From contig OY762069.1 in NCBI GenBank assembly GCA_963665095.1, positions 4,384,001-4,448,000 on the forward strand: DNA of 64,000 bases, read 5' to 3'. This document shows, one piece after another, positions 28,271 through 38,503 of the stretch (within the stretch, counting starts at the first letter, position 1; each line of letters opens with the position of its first letter). Made by a program: the position numbers and the translations under genes. The DNA is from an uncultured Desulfobacter sp. (GTDB taxonomy: Bacteria; Desulfobacterota; Desulfobacteria; Desulfobacterales; Desulfobacteraceae). The notes beneath the pieces are model-generated. The model was not told where the DNA came from. It did not search any database and was given only the letters and a program-made list of their open reading frames with translations.

Positions 28271-28937
28271 ATTGCGAATAATTATTTTCTCATGCCTTGT
28301 CTGTATTCTGGCATCAGGTTGTTCCTCACATAAAGAGCCCCATGAGATAAATAAAACAGCCCAGCAACTGGCTGCTGAGGGTGCTGCGGCCTTTATGAAC
28401 GAGGATTATAAGGATGCAATCCAGGCCTATTCAGACCTGAAAGACTGGTACAGTTTCAGCAAGTACGTCATTTTGGCTGAACTGAAGATCGCCGATGCTC
28501 ATTTTCATCTGGAAGAGTATCCAGAAGCCATTGAAGCATATAAACATTTTGAAGAGATGCATCCGAAAAATGACGCCGTTCCCTATGTCATTAATCAGAT
28601 CGGCACGTGCTGGTTTAAGCAGATAGATACCATCGACAGGGAGGCGGAGCCAGCCCAAAATGCCATGGTACAGTTTGAAAGACTGATCAAGCAATTTCCT
28701 GACCATGAACTGAGTCAGGATGCGCTTGCGCATATCGACGTCTGCATCGACAATATTGCCGGACATGAACTCTATGTCGCCAATTTCTATTTTAAGACTA
28801 AAAAATATCAGGCAGCCTTAAATCGTTACCAGTACATAGTGGAAAATTATGCAGGCACGGATCAAAGTCAGATTGCCCTAAGCAAAATACCCAAAGTGAC
28901 GGAAAAGATAAAAGAGACTGAAGCGGATGAAAAATAA
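28254..28937 (+). CDS. bamD: Outer membrane protein assembly lipoprotein
   Basis: Lipobox LASGC, TPR-like helices and HELYVANFY. ATG 28254 overlaps the end of trxB. Confidence 0.88.
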   Translation: MSKAYKLRIIIFSCLVCILASGCSSHKEPHEINKTAQQLAAEGAAAFMNEDYKDAIQAYSDLKDWYSFSKYVILAELKIADAHFHLEEYPEAIEAYKHFEEMHPKNDAVPYVINQIGTCWFKQIDTIDREAEPAQNAMVQFERLIKQFPDHELSQDALAHIDVCIDNIAGHELYVANFYFKTKKYQAALNRYQYIVENYAGTDQSQIALSKIPKVTEKIKETEADEK

Positions 28938-29026
28938 AAAACCAATTTCTTCTTTACATCAATTTGAAATTGTTGTATTCATCCCGGGTTATTATTTTGA
29001 TAAAGTGATTTGTTAGGAGTATAAAA

Positions 29027-29221
29027 ATGTCAAAAGAATGTGCAATTTGCGGAAAAAAACCAATGGTCGGCAACAACGTCAGCCATGCCCATAACCTGAA
29101 TAAAAGACGTTTTAATCCCAACCTTCAAAGAGTCCGTGCGGTTATTAAGCCTGGATGTGTCAGAAAGATTGATGTATGCACATCCTGCATTAAGGCGGGA
29201 AAAGTAACCAAAGCTTCCTAA
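29027..29221 (+). CDS. rpmB: 50S ribosomal protein L28, zinc-ribbon form
   Basis: CAICGK, GNNVSHA, PNLQ and CTSC motifs. Confidence 0.97.
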   Translation: MSKECAICGKKPMVGNNVSHAHNLNKRRFNPNLQRVRAVIKPGCVRKIDVCTSCIKAGKVTKAS

Positions 29222-29296
29222 GGAAATCAAAAAGGCAAAACCAGCATCGCACTATTTATAGTATTGCCGTAAGTGTTTTGTTTTTTTAAATGTTAT

Positions 29297-29330
29297 AAAT
29301 TCCGGCATGTGTGAACATGCCGGAATTTTG
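29297..29330. terminator. Hairpin terminator between convergent rpmB and the PIN-PhoH gene
   Basis: Perfect 14-bp stem AAATTCCGGCATGT / ACATGCCGGAATTT with a GTGA loop. Confidence 0.7.
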
Positions 29331-29375
29331 TTGTTGCAATCATTTGTTGTTGCAATCAGGGGCAGTACACTACCA

Positions 29376-30695
29376 CTACAGAATCTTTGAAGCCAATTCC
29401 GCCAGTTCCGAACGTTCTCCTTTTTCAAGATTAATGTGGGCGTAAAGATTCTGGCCTTTCATCTTTTCAATGATGTACGCAAGACCGTTGGTCTGGGTGT
29501 CCAGATAGGGATGGTCTATCTGGAAGATATCCCCGGTAAAAACAATTTTCGTACCTTCTCCCGCCCTGGTGATAATGGTTTTCACCTCGTGGGGGGTCAG
29601 GTTCTGGGCTTCGTCCACAATAAAGAATACCCGCACAATGGAACGTCCCCTGATATATGAAATGGGGGTGATGACAATTTTTTCCTCTTCAATCAGCTCT
29701 TTAATGTTTTTCCCGTTTGACCCGTTTTCATTGAAGTGATTCTGGATGACTGAAAGGTTGTCGTACAGGGGCTGCATATACGGATCCAGCTTAGAGGCCA
29801 CGTCACCGGGCAGAAAGCCTAAATCCTTGTTGCTTAAGGGGACCACGGGTCTGGCAATAAAAATCTGACGGTAAAATTGTTTTTTGGCGAGGGCTGCAGC
29901 CAGTGCCAGAAGCGTTTTGCCTGTGCCGGCTTTACCGGAAATGGTGACAAGAGAGATATCAGGATTAAGCATGGCATTGAGCGCAAACGTCTGTTCAGAA
30001 TTCCGCGGCTTAATACCATAACAGATTCTGGGCTGAATCAGCTTCACGGTCTGACTGGTGCCGTCAAAAAAGGCCAGCGCAGATTTGGACCCATTTTTCA
30101 GAATCACGTTTTCATTGGCATAAAACTCAAGATTCTCTCCAAGATTTTCCGTATCAGCTTCATAAGGCTTCTGATAAAGCGTATCCAGCACTTCTGAATG
30201 AACATTGTCCACCACCTTCATGCCTGTATACATGTCTGAAATATTTTCAACGTACTGGGAGTTATAGTTATCTGTTTTCAGGCCAATGGACCGGGCTTTA
30301 AGGCGAAGATTCACATCCTTGGTTACAAAAATGACATTTTTAAAATCATTTTTTTTGGCAATGGCATAGGCGATATTTAGAATTCTGATATCCGGGGTGA
30401 TCTCATTAAAATTAGCTTTTATAATCGGGTCCAGCGCTGTATCCAGGCGAATGGCAATGCTGCCCTGTCCATTGTCAAAGGGCACACCGCCATTAAGCAT
30501 CTTATCACTGGACAAGGCGTCCAGGCTTCTTAAAAAATCCCGGGCGTTACAGTTGATGACATTATTTCCTTTTTTGAATTTATCCAGTTCTTCAATAACG
30601 GTGATCGGAATATAAATGTCATTGTCTTTGAATTGATGAATGCATCCACTGTCATGGAGGATGACGTTTGTGTCCAGGACAAAAATTTTTTTCAT
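29376..30695 (-). CDS. PIN-PhoH family protein (PhoH2/YlaK-like)
   Basis: FVLDTNV PIN motif; GKAGTGKT, LGFLPG, YIRGRS and DEAQN. Confidence 0.93.
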   Translation of the reverse strand: MKKIFVLDTNVILHDSGCIHQFKDNDIYIPITVIEELDKFKKGNNVINCNARDFLRSLDALSSDKMLNGGVPFDNGQGSIAIRLDTALDPIIKANFNEITPDIRILNIAYAIAKKNDFKNVIFVTKDVNLRLKARSIGLKTDNYNSQYVENISDMYTGMKVVDNVHSEVLDTLYQKPYEADTENLGENLEFYANENVILKNGSKSALAFFDGTSQTVKLIQPRICYGIKPRNSEQTFALNAMLNPDISLVTISGKAGTGKTLLALAAALAKKQFYRQIFIARPVVPLSNKDLGFLPGDVASKLDPYMQPLYDNLSVIQNHFNENGSNGKNIKELIEEEKIVITPISYIRGRSIVRVFFIVDEAQNLTPHEVKTIITRAGEGTKIVFTGDIFQIDHPYLDTQTNGLAYIIEKMKGQNLYAHINLEKGERSELAELASKIL

Positions 30696-30986
30696 ACAGG
30701 TCTCCGAATAAAAAGGCAGGTGTTAAACTCACCATGGGGAAATATTTTTTTCAGTGTTGTCTTAACGGCGTGGGAAGAGGATACCGGACCTTTCTTTTCC
30801 GGTCTTCTGGCGGGGGCTGGTAAATGTGACACTTTTACCATAGGCTGTCCAGGCTAAGGGGTTGGCATTCAGCCGGTTTCTGGATTATCCGAAAATTTAG
30901 ACCCGGCCGCATTAAACATAAATAATCTTTTCTTTGTTGTACACCATATTATTAAAAAATTTGGTTAGAATATGATGAAACTGTGA

Positions 30987-33143
30987 TTATTCTGCTGTTA
31001 TCACCCGTGTCACATCGTTGACGGTCTTTACCCGGCGAAGTTCAGACATCACTTTTTTCAGCTGCCTTGAACTTTCCACCATAATGGTAAAGTAAAAGAC
31101 CCCGATGCCTTCTTCACTGGTTTCCGTGTGGGCATTTAAGATGTTGATCCCGGCTTTGGAAATAACAGCTGCAATGTCAGCCAGCAACCCGTGGCGATCA
31201 TCGGTGCGGATGCGGATGGAGGCGGGATATGATTCTGAAATATTGCTGGCCCACTGGACATCGATCTTGCGTTCACTGCTCATTTTAAGAACATTGATGC
31301 AGTTTTTTCGATGGATGGTAACGCCCTGACCCCGTGTGATATAGCCGGTTATAGGGTCGCCTGGAAGGGGGTTGCAGCACTTGGAAAACTTAACCAGGAT
31401 GTCATTGAGCCCCTTGACGATAACCCCGGTGTTGCGCTTTTCAGATGCACGTGCACCTGGTTTTTCAATAATGGTATCCTCTGGCTCTTCCGCCCCTTTG
31501 TCCAGGTCCGGCACGGCCCGGTTCAGCACCTGCAGAGCTGTAAGCTTACCAAATCCCACATGGGCGATCAGATCATCAACCCCTTTAAACCCGTATGAGT
31601 CCGCAACTTTACCAACGGCCCCGGATTTCACCAGGGCATTAAAGTTCTGGTTTTTCTTTCTAAATGTTTTTTCACACATTTCCCGGCCAAGGGAGTAGCT
31701 GCGCTCTTTTTCCCTGGCATTGATGTAAGCCCTGATCTTGGTCTTTGCCTTGACGGTTTTGACAAAATTAAGCCAGTCACGGCTGGGTTGATGCCCTTTG
31801 GTGGTGATAATTTCAATGGTGTCACCGGAGCGCAGCTCATGGGACAAAGGCACCAGCTTGCCGTTGACCCGGGCGCCGGTACATTGTGCACCGACCTCGG
31901 TGTGGATCCGATAGGCAAAGTCCACTGGCGTGGCTTTTTTAGGCAGGGTTTTTATCTCTCCTGCCGGTGTGAACACATAAATTTCATCCGGGTAAAGATC
32001 AATACGCACATTTTCAAGGAATTCATCCGGGTCCTTGAGGTTTTCCTGGTTCTCAACCAGATTGCGGATCCAGGCAAACAACTCCCCTGTGTATTCGTCA
32101 ATCCGGGTGCCTTCCTTGTAGGACCAGTGGGCGGCAATGCCCGATTCCGCCACCCGGTCCATGTCATGTGTCCGGATCTGGATCTCCACCCGCTCCCCTT
32201 TGGGGCCGATCACGGTGGTGTGGATGGACTGATACATATTGGGCTTGGGATTGCCGATGTAGTCCTTGATCTTGTAATAGATGGGCTTCCACATGGAGTG
32301 GACCGCCCCCATGGCAGCATAGCACTGGGGCACGGTATCCAGGATGATCCGGAAGGCGATGATGTCATAGACCTCGTCAAACTCCAGCCCCTGGGAGAGC
32401 ATTTTCTGGTAAATGGAATAAAAGGATTTAAACCGGCCCTTGATCTGGCAGGGCAGTTCCATCTCCTCCATCTTGTAATGCAAAGAGGTGGAAACCTCTT
32501 TTACATACTCTTCCTGTTCATCCTTGGCCTTGTTCACCAGGGCCTGGATGCGGTCATGCTCCTCTCGCAGGGTGTAGAAAAAGGCGATCTCTTCCAGTTC
32601 ATTTTTAATCCAGAAGATGCCTAACCGGGCGGCAATGGGGGCATAGATATCCAGGGTCTCCTGGGCAATGGCCGCCTGTTTTTCCGGCTTCCGGTGGTAT
32701 TTCAGGGTCCGCATGTTGTGCAGGCGGTCGGCAAGCTTGATGAGCACCACCCGGATATCATCTGCCATGGCAAGGATCATTTTGCGCAGGGATTCTGCCT
32801 GCTGGGCCACTTTGGTGGCGGCATGCAGGGCCGACAGCTTGGTCACCCCTTCTACAATATGGGCAACGCCCGGGCCGAAAAGGGCGGTGATATCCTCCTT
32901 GGTGGCAGGGGTGTCTTCAATAACATCATGGAGCAGGGCTGCGGCAATACTCTCGGTGTCCAGCCGCATCTCCGCCAGAATGTGAGCCACCTCCAGAGGG
33001 TGGGACAGATAAGGTTCCCCAGACAACCGCATCTGGCCTTCATGAACCCGGGCTGAATAGATATATGCCCGGTCAATAAGGGAGACATCTGCATCCGGAC
33101 TGTACTCATAAATGGTGTCCAGTATGTCGGTGATCCGGATCAT
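30987..33143 (-). CDS. relA: Bifunctional (p)ppGpp synthetase/hydrolase
   Basis: LHDVIEDT HD motif, KLADRLHNMRT, YQSIHT, AAHWSYK, and TGS and ACT domains. Confidence 0.95.
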   Translation of the reverse strand: MIRITDILDTIYEYSPDADVSLIDRAYIYSARVHEGQMRLSGEPYLSHPLEVAHILAEMRLDTESIAAALLHDVIEDTPATKEDITALFGPGVAHIVEGVTKLSALHAATKVAQQAESLRKMILAMADDIRVVLIKLADRLHNMRTLKYHRKPEKQAAIAQETLDIYAPIAARLGIFWIKNELEEIAFFYTLREEHDRIQALVNKAKDEQEEYVKEVSTSLHYKMEEMELPCQIKGRFKSFYSIYQKMLSQGLEFDEVYDIIAFRIILDTVPQCYAAMGAVHSMWKPIYYKIKDYIGNPKPNMYQSIHTTVIGPKGERVEIQIRTHDMDRVAESGIAAHWSYKEGTRIDEYTGELFAWIRNLVENQENLKDPDEFLENVRIDLYPDEIYVFTPAGEIKTLPKKATPVDFAYRIHTEVGAQCTGARVNGKLVPLSHELRSGDTIEIITTKGHQPSRDWLNFVKTVKAKTKIRAYINAREKERSYSLGREMCEKTFRKKNQNFNALVKSGAVGKVADSYGFKGVDDLIAHVGFGKLTALQVLNRAVPDLDKGAEEPEDTIIEKPGARASEKRNTGVIVKGLNDILVKFSKCCNPLPGDPITGYITRGQGVTIHRKNCINVLKMSSERKIDVQWASNISESYPASIRIRTDDRHGLLADIAAVISKAGINILNAHTETSEEGIGVFYFTIMVESSRQLKKVMSELRRVKTVNDVTRVITAE

Positions 33144-33152
33144 TTTGGCTTA

Positions 33153-34658
33153 TTAATATGCCTTGGCAAACAGGACCCGTTTTGTACTCTTTGCCCCGCA
33201 GTAAATACAGGAGCCTTCCTCTTCAGGGCTGTCAAAGGGGATACATCGGATGGTTACGGACAGATCCTGTTTGATTTTTTCTTCACACTGGCCTGAACCG
33301 CACCAGTGGGCGTTGACAAAAGCCCCGTTATTAAACCCTTTTGCCTTTTTATACAGATCGTAGAATTCGTTTTTGTCGTCAATGGAAAAGGTGTTGGCCT
33401 CCCTGTATGCGGCAGCACGCTGGAACAGGGTGCTCTGGATGTCATCCAGAATATCGGTGATTGAATTAATGAACTCGTCCCGGTTGATGCCTTTTTTCTC
33501 GCCGGTGTCTCTGCGGGCCATGAACACACTGTTGTTTTCAATGTCCCGGGGCCCGAGCTCAATGCGCACGGGGATTCCTTTTTTAACCCATTCCCATCCC
33601 CTGGCACCGCCAATGTCCCGACCGTCAATTTCCACTTCCACAGGACGGCCATGAAAGATTTGTTGCCGCAGCGCGTCTTTCAATGCCTGGGCGTTTTCAA
33701 GAATGGCTGTATTGTCTGCCCCTTTTTTGACAATGGGAAGGATTACCACATGGGCCGGGGCCACACGGGGCGGGACCACCAGGCCGTCATCATCGGAATG
33801 CACCATGATCATGCCGCCGATCATCCGGGTGGAAACCCCCCAGGAGGTGGTCCAGGCAAAGGCCTCCTGGCCCTCTTCATTCTGGAACGTGATGTTGGAG
33901 CCCTTGGCAAAGTTCTGCCCCAGAAAATGGGAGGTGCCGGCCTGCAGCGCCCGTTTATCCTGCATCATTGCCTCAATACAGGTGGTCTCATCCGCACCTG
34001 GGAACCGTTCAGCTTCGCTTTTACACCCCTTGACCACCGGCATGGCCAGGCACTCTTCCACAAATTTTGCGTAAATTTCAAGCATCTGATAGGTCCGCGC
34101 TTCCGCCTCTTCCTTTGTGGCGTGGGCGGTATGCCCCTCCTGCCACAAAAATTCACTGGTGCGCAAAAACATACGGGTGCGCATCTCCCAGCGCACCACA
34201 TTGGCCCACTGGTTTAAAAGGATGGGAAGATCCCGGTAGGAAGAGGTCCATTTGGACATGGATTCTCCGATGATGGTTTCAGATGTGGGACGCACGATCA
34301 AAGGCTCGGCAAGTTTCCCGGCCGGAACCAGTCCTCCTTCAGGTCCTTTTTCCAGCTTGTGGTGGGTAACAACGGCGCACTCTTTGGCAAACCCTTCCAC
34401 ATGCTCGGCCTCTTTTTCAAGGTAGCTTAAGGGAATAAATAATGGGAAATAGGCATTTTTAACCCCGGTCTCCTTGAACAGGTCGTCCATCTGACGCTGG
34501 ATATTCTCCCAGATGGCAAATCCCCAGGGTTTGATCACCATGCAGCCCCGGACCGGTGAGTTTTCCGACATATCCGAAGCTTTGACCACCTCCTGGTACC
34601 ACTGGGCATAATCCTCAACCCTGGTGGGGGTGATGGCTGTTTTAACTTTCTTTCCCAT
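33153..34658 (-). CDS. proS: Proline--tRNA ligase, archaeal/eukaryotic type
   Basis: RPTSET, EFLWQEGH and QAGTSHFLGQNF; C-terminal FAKAY; no INS editing domain. Confidence 0.96.
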   Translation of the reverse strand: MGKKVKTAITPTRVEDYAQWYQEVVKASDMSENSPVRGCMVIKPWGFAIWENIQRQMDDLFKETGVKNAYFPLFIPLSYLEKEAEHVEGFAKECAVVTHHKLEKGPEGGLVPAGKLAEPLIVRPTSETIIGESMSKWTSSYRDLPILLNQWANVVRWEMRTRMFLRTSEFLWQEGHTAHATKEEAEARTYQMLEIYAKFVEECLAMPVVKGCKSEAERFPGADETTCIEAMMQDKRALQAGTSHFLGQNFAKGSNITFQNEEGQEAFAWTTSWGVSTRMIGGMIMVHSDDDGLVVPPRVAPAHVVILPIVKKGADNTAILENAQALKDALRQQIFHGRPVEVEIDGRDIGGARGWEWVKKGIPVRIELGPRDIENNSVFMARRDTGEKKGINRDEFINSITDILDDIQSTLFQRAAAYREANTFSIDDKNEFYDLYKKAKGFNNGAFVNAHWCGSGQCEEKIKQDLSVTIRCIPFDSPEEEGSCIYCGAKSTKRVLFAKAY

Positions 34659-35736
34659 TTATCTCCTCCGCATTTTTTGTCATTGCGTCAATTTCTTTTA
34701 TCAGTTCATCCACAAGGCAATCCTGATCAATTTTGCGGATCACCTCTCCTTTTTTAAACAGGATGCCCTTGCCGTCACCGCCGGCAATGCCGATGTCCGC
34801 TTCTTTGGCTTCTCCGGGCCCGTTGACCACACATCCCATAATAGCAACTTTAATCCGTGCAGAACGTTCAAGTAAAGCTTTTTCTACCTGCTCTGCTATT
34901 TTAAATAAATTGATTTTACACCGGCCGCAGGTGGGGCATGAAATCAGCTCCGGGCCACGCTGGCGAATCCCTAATGCCCTTAAAATTTCAAATCCTGTGC
35001 GGATTTCTTCCACCGGGTCCCGGGTGAGTGATACCCGAATGGTATCCCCGATGCCTTCGGACAGCAGCATGCCAATTCCGATGGCCGACTTGGTGATGCC
35101 GGCATAAAGTCCGCCGGCCTCAGTAACCCCCACATGAAACGGCACATCCGTTAACGGTGCGAGCATGCGGTAGGCATCCACGGTCCGTTCCACATCCGAG
35201 GCTTTCAAAGAGACCTTGATATCATAAAACCCGAGATCCTCCAGAATCCGGATATTGGCCAGTGCGCTTTCCACCATGCCCCGGGCGGTCACACCATATT
35301 GTTTCTCAATCTCTTTTTCCAGAGACCCGCCGTTCACCCCGATGCGGATGGGCAGTTTGTGGGCCGTTGCACAGTCCACCACCGCCTTTATTTTATCCCG
35401 GGTGCCGATGTTGCCGGGATTGATCCGCAACGCGTCCACCCCGGACTCGGCAGATGCAATGGCCAGGCGCCAGTCAAAATGGATATCAGCGATCAATGGA
35501 ATATTAATCTGCTCTTTGATCTGCCGCAGGGCCAGGGCTGCCTCCATATCAGGTACCGCCACGCGGATAATTTCACACCCGGCCTTTTCCAGGGATAATA
35601 TCTGGCTGACAGTGGCGTTGACATCCTGGGTCTGTGTGTTGGTCATGGATTGAACCGACACACACGCATCCGATCCCACAGGCTGTGATCCCACCTTTAT
35701 CTGCCGGGTTTTCCGGCGTTCTTGAAGCAACGGCAT
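34642..35736 (-). CDS. ispG: HMBPP synthase
   Basis: VQSMTNT, ADIHF, RINPGN, CPTCGR and GCVVNGPGE. ATG 35736 follows AAGGA. Confidence 0.97.
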   Translation of the reverse strand: MPLLQERRKTRQIKVGSQPVGSDACVSVQSMTNTQTQDVNATVSQILSLEKAGCEIIRVAVPDMEAALALRQIKEQINIPLIADIHFDWRLAIASAESGVDALRINPGNIGTRDKIKAVVDCATAHKLPIRIGVNGGSLEKEIEKQYGVTARGMVESALANIRILEDLGFYDIKVSLKASDVERTVDAYRMLAPLTDVPFHVGVTEAGGLYAGITKSAIGIGMLLSEGIGDTIRVSLTRDPVEEIRTGFEILRALGIRQRGPELISCPTCGRCKINLFKIAEQVEKALLERSARIKVAIMGCVVNGPGEAKEADIGIAGGDGKGILFKKGEVIRKIDQDCLVDELIKEIDAMTKNAEEINGKES

Positions 35737-35955
35737 AATTAAAGTTCCTTTTAAAAAAAAGCAAATGCCTGCATCCCGGTTCGAATGCAAGCATAATATG
35801 TGATCCGTAAATTATCATACAGGGGGATGTTTTTTCAAGTTGTTCATAACATGCTGCATTCCGAATCAAAAAGAATAAACGCGGTGATTTCCTGTGAACG
35901 CTTCCAGCCTTGCAGCCGCTTGTTTTTTAGTATGCTTGTTTGTATTGTATATCTG

Positions 35956-36627
35956 ATGAAAAAATCTTCAAAGAACAGGCTTACCAGCCGGCAGCAGGCC
36001 TTATTTCCCGGGGATACTCTTTTTGATAAAATTGCCCGGGCGGTCTGCCGGTCGGGAACGCTTCCGAGAAAAGAGCTTTACGAGGCATGGGAGGTGGCCA
36101 AACGGGTCAGGAGGCATTTCCGGGGCGGAAGAATTATTGATCTTGCCTGCGGCCACGGACTGGTGTCTCATATCCTGCTGCTTCTGGATAATACCTCGCC
36201 CTGCGCCCTTGCCGTTGATCTCAATATTCCGGAAAATGCCCGAAAATTGTCTGATGCATTGATTGACACCTGGCCCCGGTTAAAGGATAGAATCATTTTC
36301 AAGCAGATGCCCCTTGAGCAGGTAAGCGTCTCTTCCCGGGATATTGTGGTCTCTGTCCATGCCTGCGGCCGCCTTACAGATGATGTGATTAAAAAGGCGG
36401 TATCTGCCCGGGCAAAGGTTGCGGTGCTTCCCTGCTGCCATGATCTTGAGGTCTGTGATACCGGGGGGCTTGACGGCTGGATGGACGGCCCTCTGGCCGT
36501 GGACGCCATACGGGCCGTCCGGTTGTCTGCCCTTGGGTATTCTGTGATGACAAAAACAATTCCTGCCGAAGTTACCCCTAAAAACAGGCTGTTAATAGCG
36601 TGTTCGGATTTGGAAAAGGATGCTTAG
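35956..36627 (+). CDS. Class I SAM-dependent methyltransferase (Methyltransf_32-like)
   Basis: IIDLACGHG, VHACGRLTD and LPCCH motifs. Confidence 0.75.
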   Translation: MKKSSKNRLTSRQQALFPGDTLFDKIARAVCRSGTLPRKELYEAWEVAKRVRRHFRGGRIIDLACGHGLVSHILLLLDNTSPCALAVDLNIPENARKLSDALIDTWPRLKDRIIFKQMPLEQVSVSSRDIVVSVHACGRLTDDVIKKAVSARAKVAVLPCCHDLEVCDTGGLDGWMDGPLAVDAIRAVRLSALGYSVMTKTIPAEVTPKNRLLIACSDLEKDA

Positions 36628-36730
36628 ATCCGGCATCGGAATATCTGAATATTATTGATGATGGAAAAGCTGCCCCGGCGCAGTGGGGAGCCGGATGAAC
36701 AGTAGTGTTGCCGCTTTCCGGGCTGTACGA

Positions 36731-37525
36731 TTATTTTATATCGGGAATGTCATCAAAAATCCGGGCCAGGGCGCTTAAAGAGCCTTGCAGGTTGGCAAGC
36801 TTGAACACTTCAAGAGATACAGTGCCGGTGTAACGCTTAAGTTGCTCCATAACCGCGTTAAACGTCTCCGGTGCCATTTTATCCAGGCCGATGTGGTCCC
36901 TGGGCGGATCAAGGCTGGTATCCACCCCGTGGAGGTGGATCAGACTGATTTTTGAACCGAAGCGCTCAAAGGTGCGTGCCGTGTCATATCCGTATTTGAT
37001 GTGGTGGCCGAGGTCGGCGCATACGGACAGATGAAAATCCTTTACTAAGTCTGCAAATATTTCCGGAGAATACCACAGGGTCTCCACGCCAATCTTTGAC
37101 GGGTCCTCCAGTGACGGTGCCAGCAGTTCCAGGCCCTTTCGTGCATTCTTTTGCCAGGCCGTGATGGCCTTACGGGGCGGCAGCGGCTTATCCATCTCCA
37201 GGTGAAGGGTAAAGCTTGTGACAGGTGCCGGGGAAAACCGTTCAATAACCAGTTTCAAAGTATCTGCGGCATCCTGCCGCTCCATTGCTGTGGCAGCACT
37301 TAAGCTGATGTCTGTGGGCAGGTGGACATTGTAGGTCAGATCCAGATCCCGGGCCAGAAGTGCCAGTTCCTTGACATCGGCTTTGGAGGGGATCACCTCT
37401 TCGGGCTTGCTTTCAAACACCAGAAGCTCAATTTCATCAAAAAAAGCGCCGATTTTTTTCACATTGGGGATGATGTGATCCGGGTAGATAAAGGAGGTGG
37501 TGGCAAGTCGAAACGGTCTTTTCAT
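36731..37525 (-). CDS. cbiR: Cobamide-remodelling phosphodiesterase, CbiR-like (AP endonuclease 2 TIM barrel)
   Basis: LATTSFIYP, EIELL, VHLP, DLGH, HLHG and LEVF metal-binding motifs; last gene of the cob operon, overlapping cbiB. Confidence 0.7.
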   Translation of the reverse strand: MKRPFRLATTSFIYPDHIIPNVKKIGAFFDEIELLVFESKPEEVIPSKADVKELALLARDLDLTYNVHLPTDISLSAATAMERQDAADTLKLVIERFSPAPVTSFTLHLEMDKPLPPRKAITAWQKNARKGLELLAPSLEDPSKIGVETLWYSPEIFADLVKDFHLSVCADLGHHIKYGYDTARTFERFGSKISLIHLHGVDTSLDPPRDHIGLDKMAPETFNAVMEQLKRYTGTVSLEVFKLANLQGSLSALARIFDDIPDIK

Positions 37526-38481
37526 CAGAACAGGCTCCAGGCTGAGATGCAGGCAATTATTGTGGAGATAAACGCCGACAGCACCATTAAATCACAGGAC
37601 TTTTTGATGTGTGAGGGGTTGGGATCATTAAAGGCCCCGCCGATATAAGGCTTTTCCACAAGTTGTCCATGGTAGATATTGGGCCCGCCGAACCGAACCC
37701 CCATGGCCCCTGCAAAGGCGGCTTCGGGAAATCCGGCATTGGGGCTTTTATGGTTGCGGCCCTGGGTCAGTGCGGTGGTCAGGGCCCGCCTGCCCCGGAA
37801 AAAAGAAATAGCCGCTGCTGCCAGGGAAACCATCACCACCGAAAGCCGGGCCGGAATGAAATTGGCCACATCATCTATACGGGCGGCAGATCTGCCGAAC
37901 AGAATATAGGTGTCATTTTTATACCCCACCATGGAGTCCAGGGTGTTGATCATTTTGTACATCATGGCCCCCGGCGCCCCAAGAACCAGGGCAAAACAAA
38001 GGGGGGACAAAAAGCCATCCACAAAGTTTTCGGCCACGGTTTCACAGGCTGCCCGGGTGATGCCCGCCTCATCCAGGTCCTTGGTCTGCCGGCCCACAAT
38101 ATATCCCACCTTGATCCGGGCCAGGGGCAGGTCTCCTTTGGCCAGGGGGGTAAATACATCCATGGCAGCTTTGTAGAGACTTTTCGTGGAGAAACTGAAA
38201 AAAATCAGGATGGCCTGGACCAGAAGCCCTGCCGCCGGATGGAGCATATTGGCGGCGGATACCACCGCCCAGGTCAGGCAGAAGGCCGCCGTAATCAGGA
38301 AAAGGGCAAATATCAGCCCTGCCTGAAACGGATGTTTAATCCAGCTGCGGAACCGGGGCTCAAAATAGGAAATGGCCCGGCCCATCCATATAATGGGGTG
38401 GGGCAGCCATGCCGGGTCCCCGGCCAGAAGATCCAGAATAAAGGCGGCGGCGATTACCTGCCATGTGAGATCAAATATCAT
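37525..38481 (-). CDS. cbiB: Adenosylcobinamide-phosphate synthase
   Basis: GDPAWLPHP, ENFVDG, NTLDSMVGY and SPNAGFPEAA motifs. Confidence 0.95.
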   Translation of the reverse strand: MIFDLTWQVIAAAFILDLLAGDPAWLPHPIIWMGRAISYFEPRFRSWIKHPFQAGLIFALFLITAAFCLTWAVVSAANMLHPAAGLLVQAILIFFSFSTKSLYKAAMDVFTPLAKGDLPLARIKVGYIVGRQTKDLDEAGITRAACETVAENFVDGFLSPLCFALVLGAPGAMMYKMINTLDSMVGYKNDTYILFGRSAARIDDVANFIPARLSVVMVSLAAAAISFFRGRRALTTALTQGRNHKSPNAGFPEAAFAGAMGVRFGGPNIYHGQLVEKPYIGGAFNDPNPSHIKKSCDLMVLSAFISTIIACISAWSLF

Positions 38482-38503
38482 GTTGCCGTGTTACCTTAAA
38501 TTT

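Noticed and set aside
29231..29290. GGCAAAACC resembling a c-di-GMP-I riboswitch
   Set aside because: It lies 3' of rpmB, lacks the remaining motif and pairs as a terminator-like stem.
33153..34658. Archaeal/eukaryotic-type ProRS as a sign of recent transfer
   Set aside because: This type is widespread in bacteria and sits here in a housekeeping operon.
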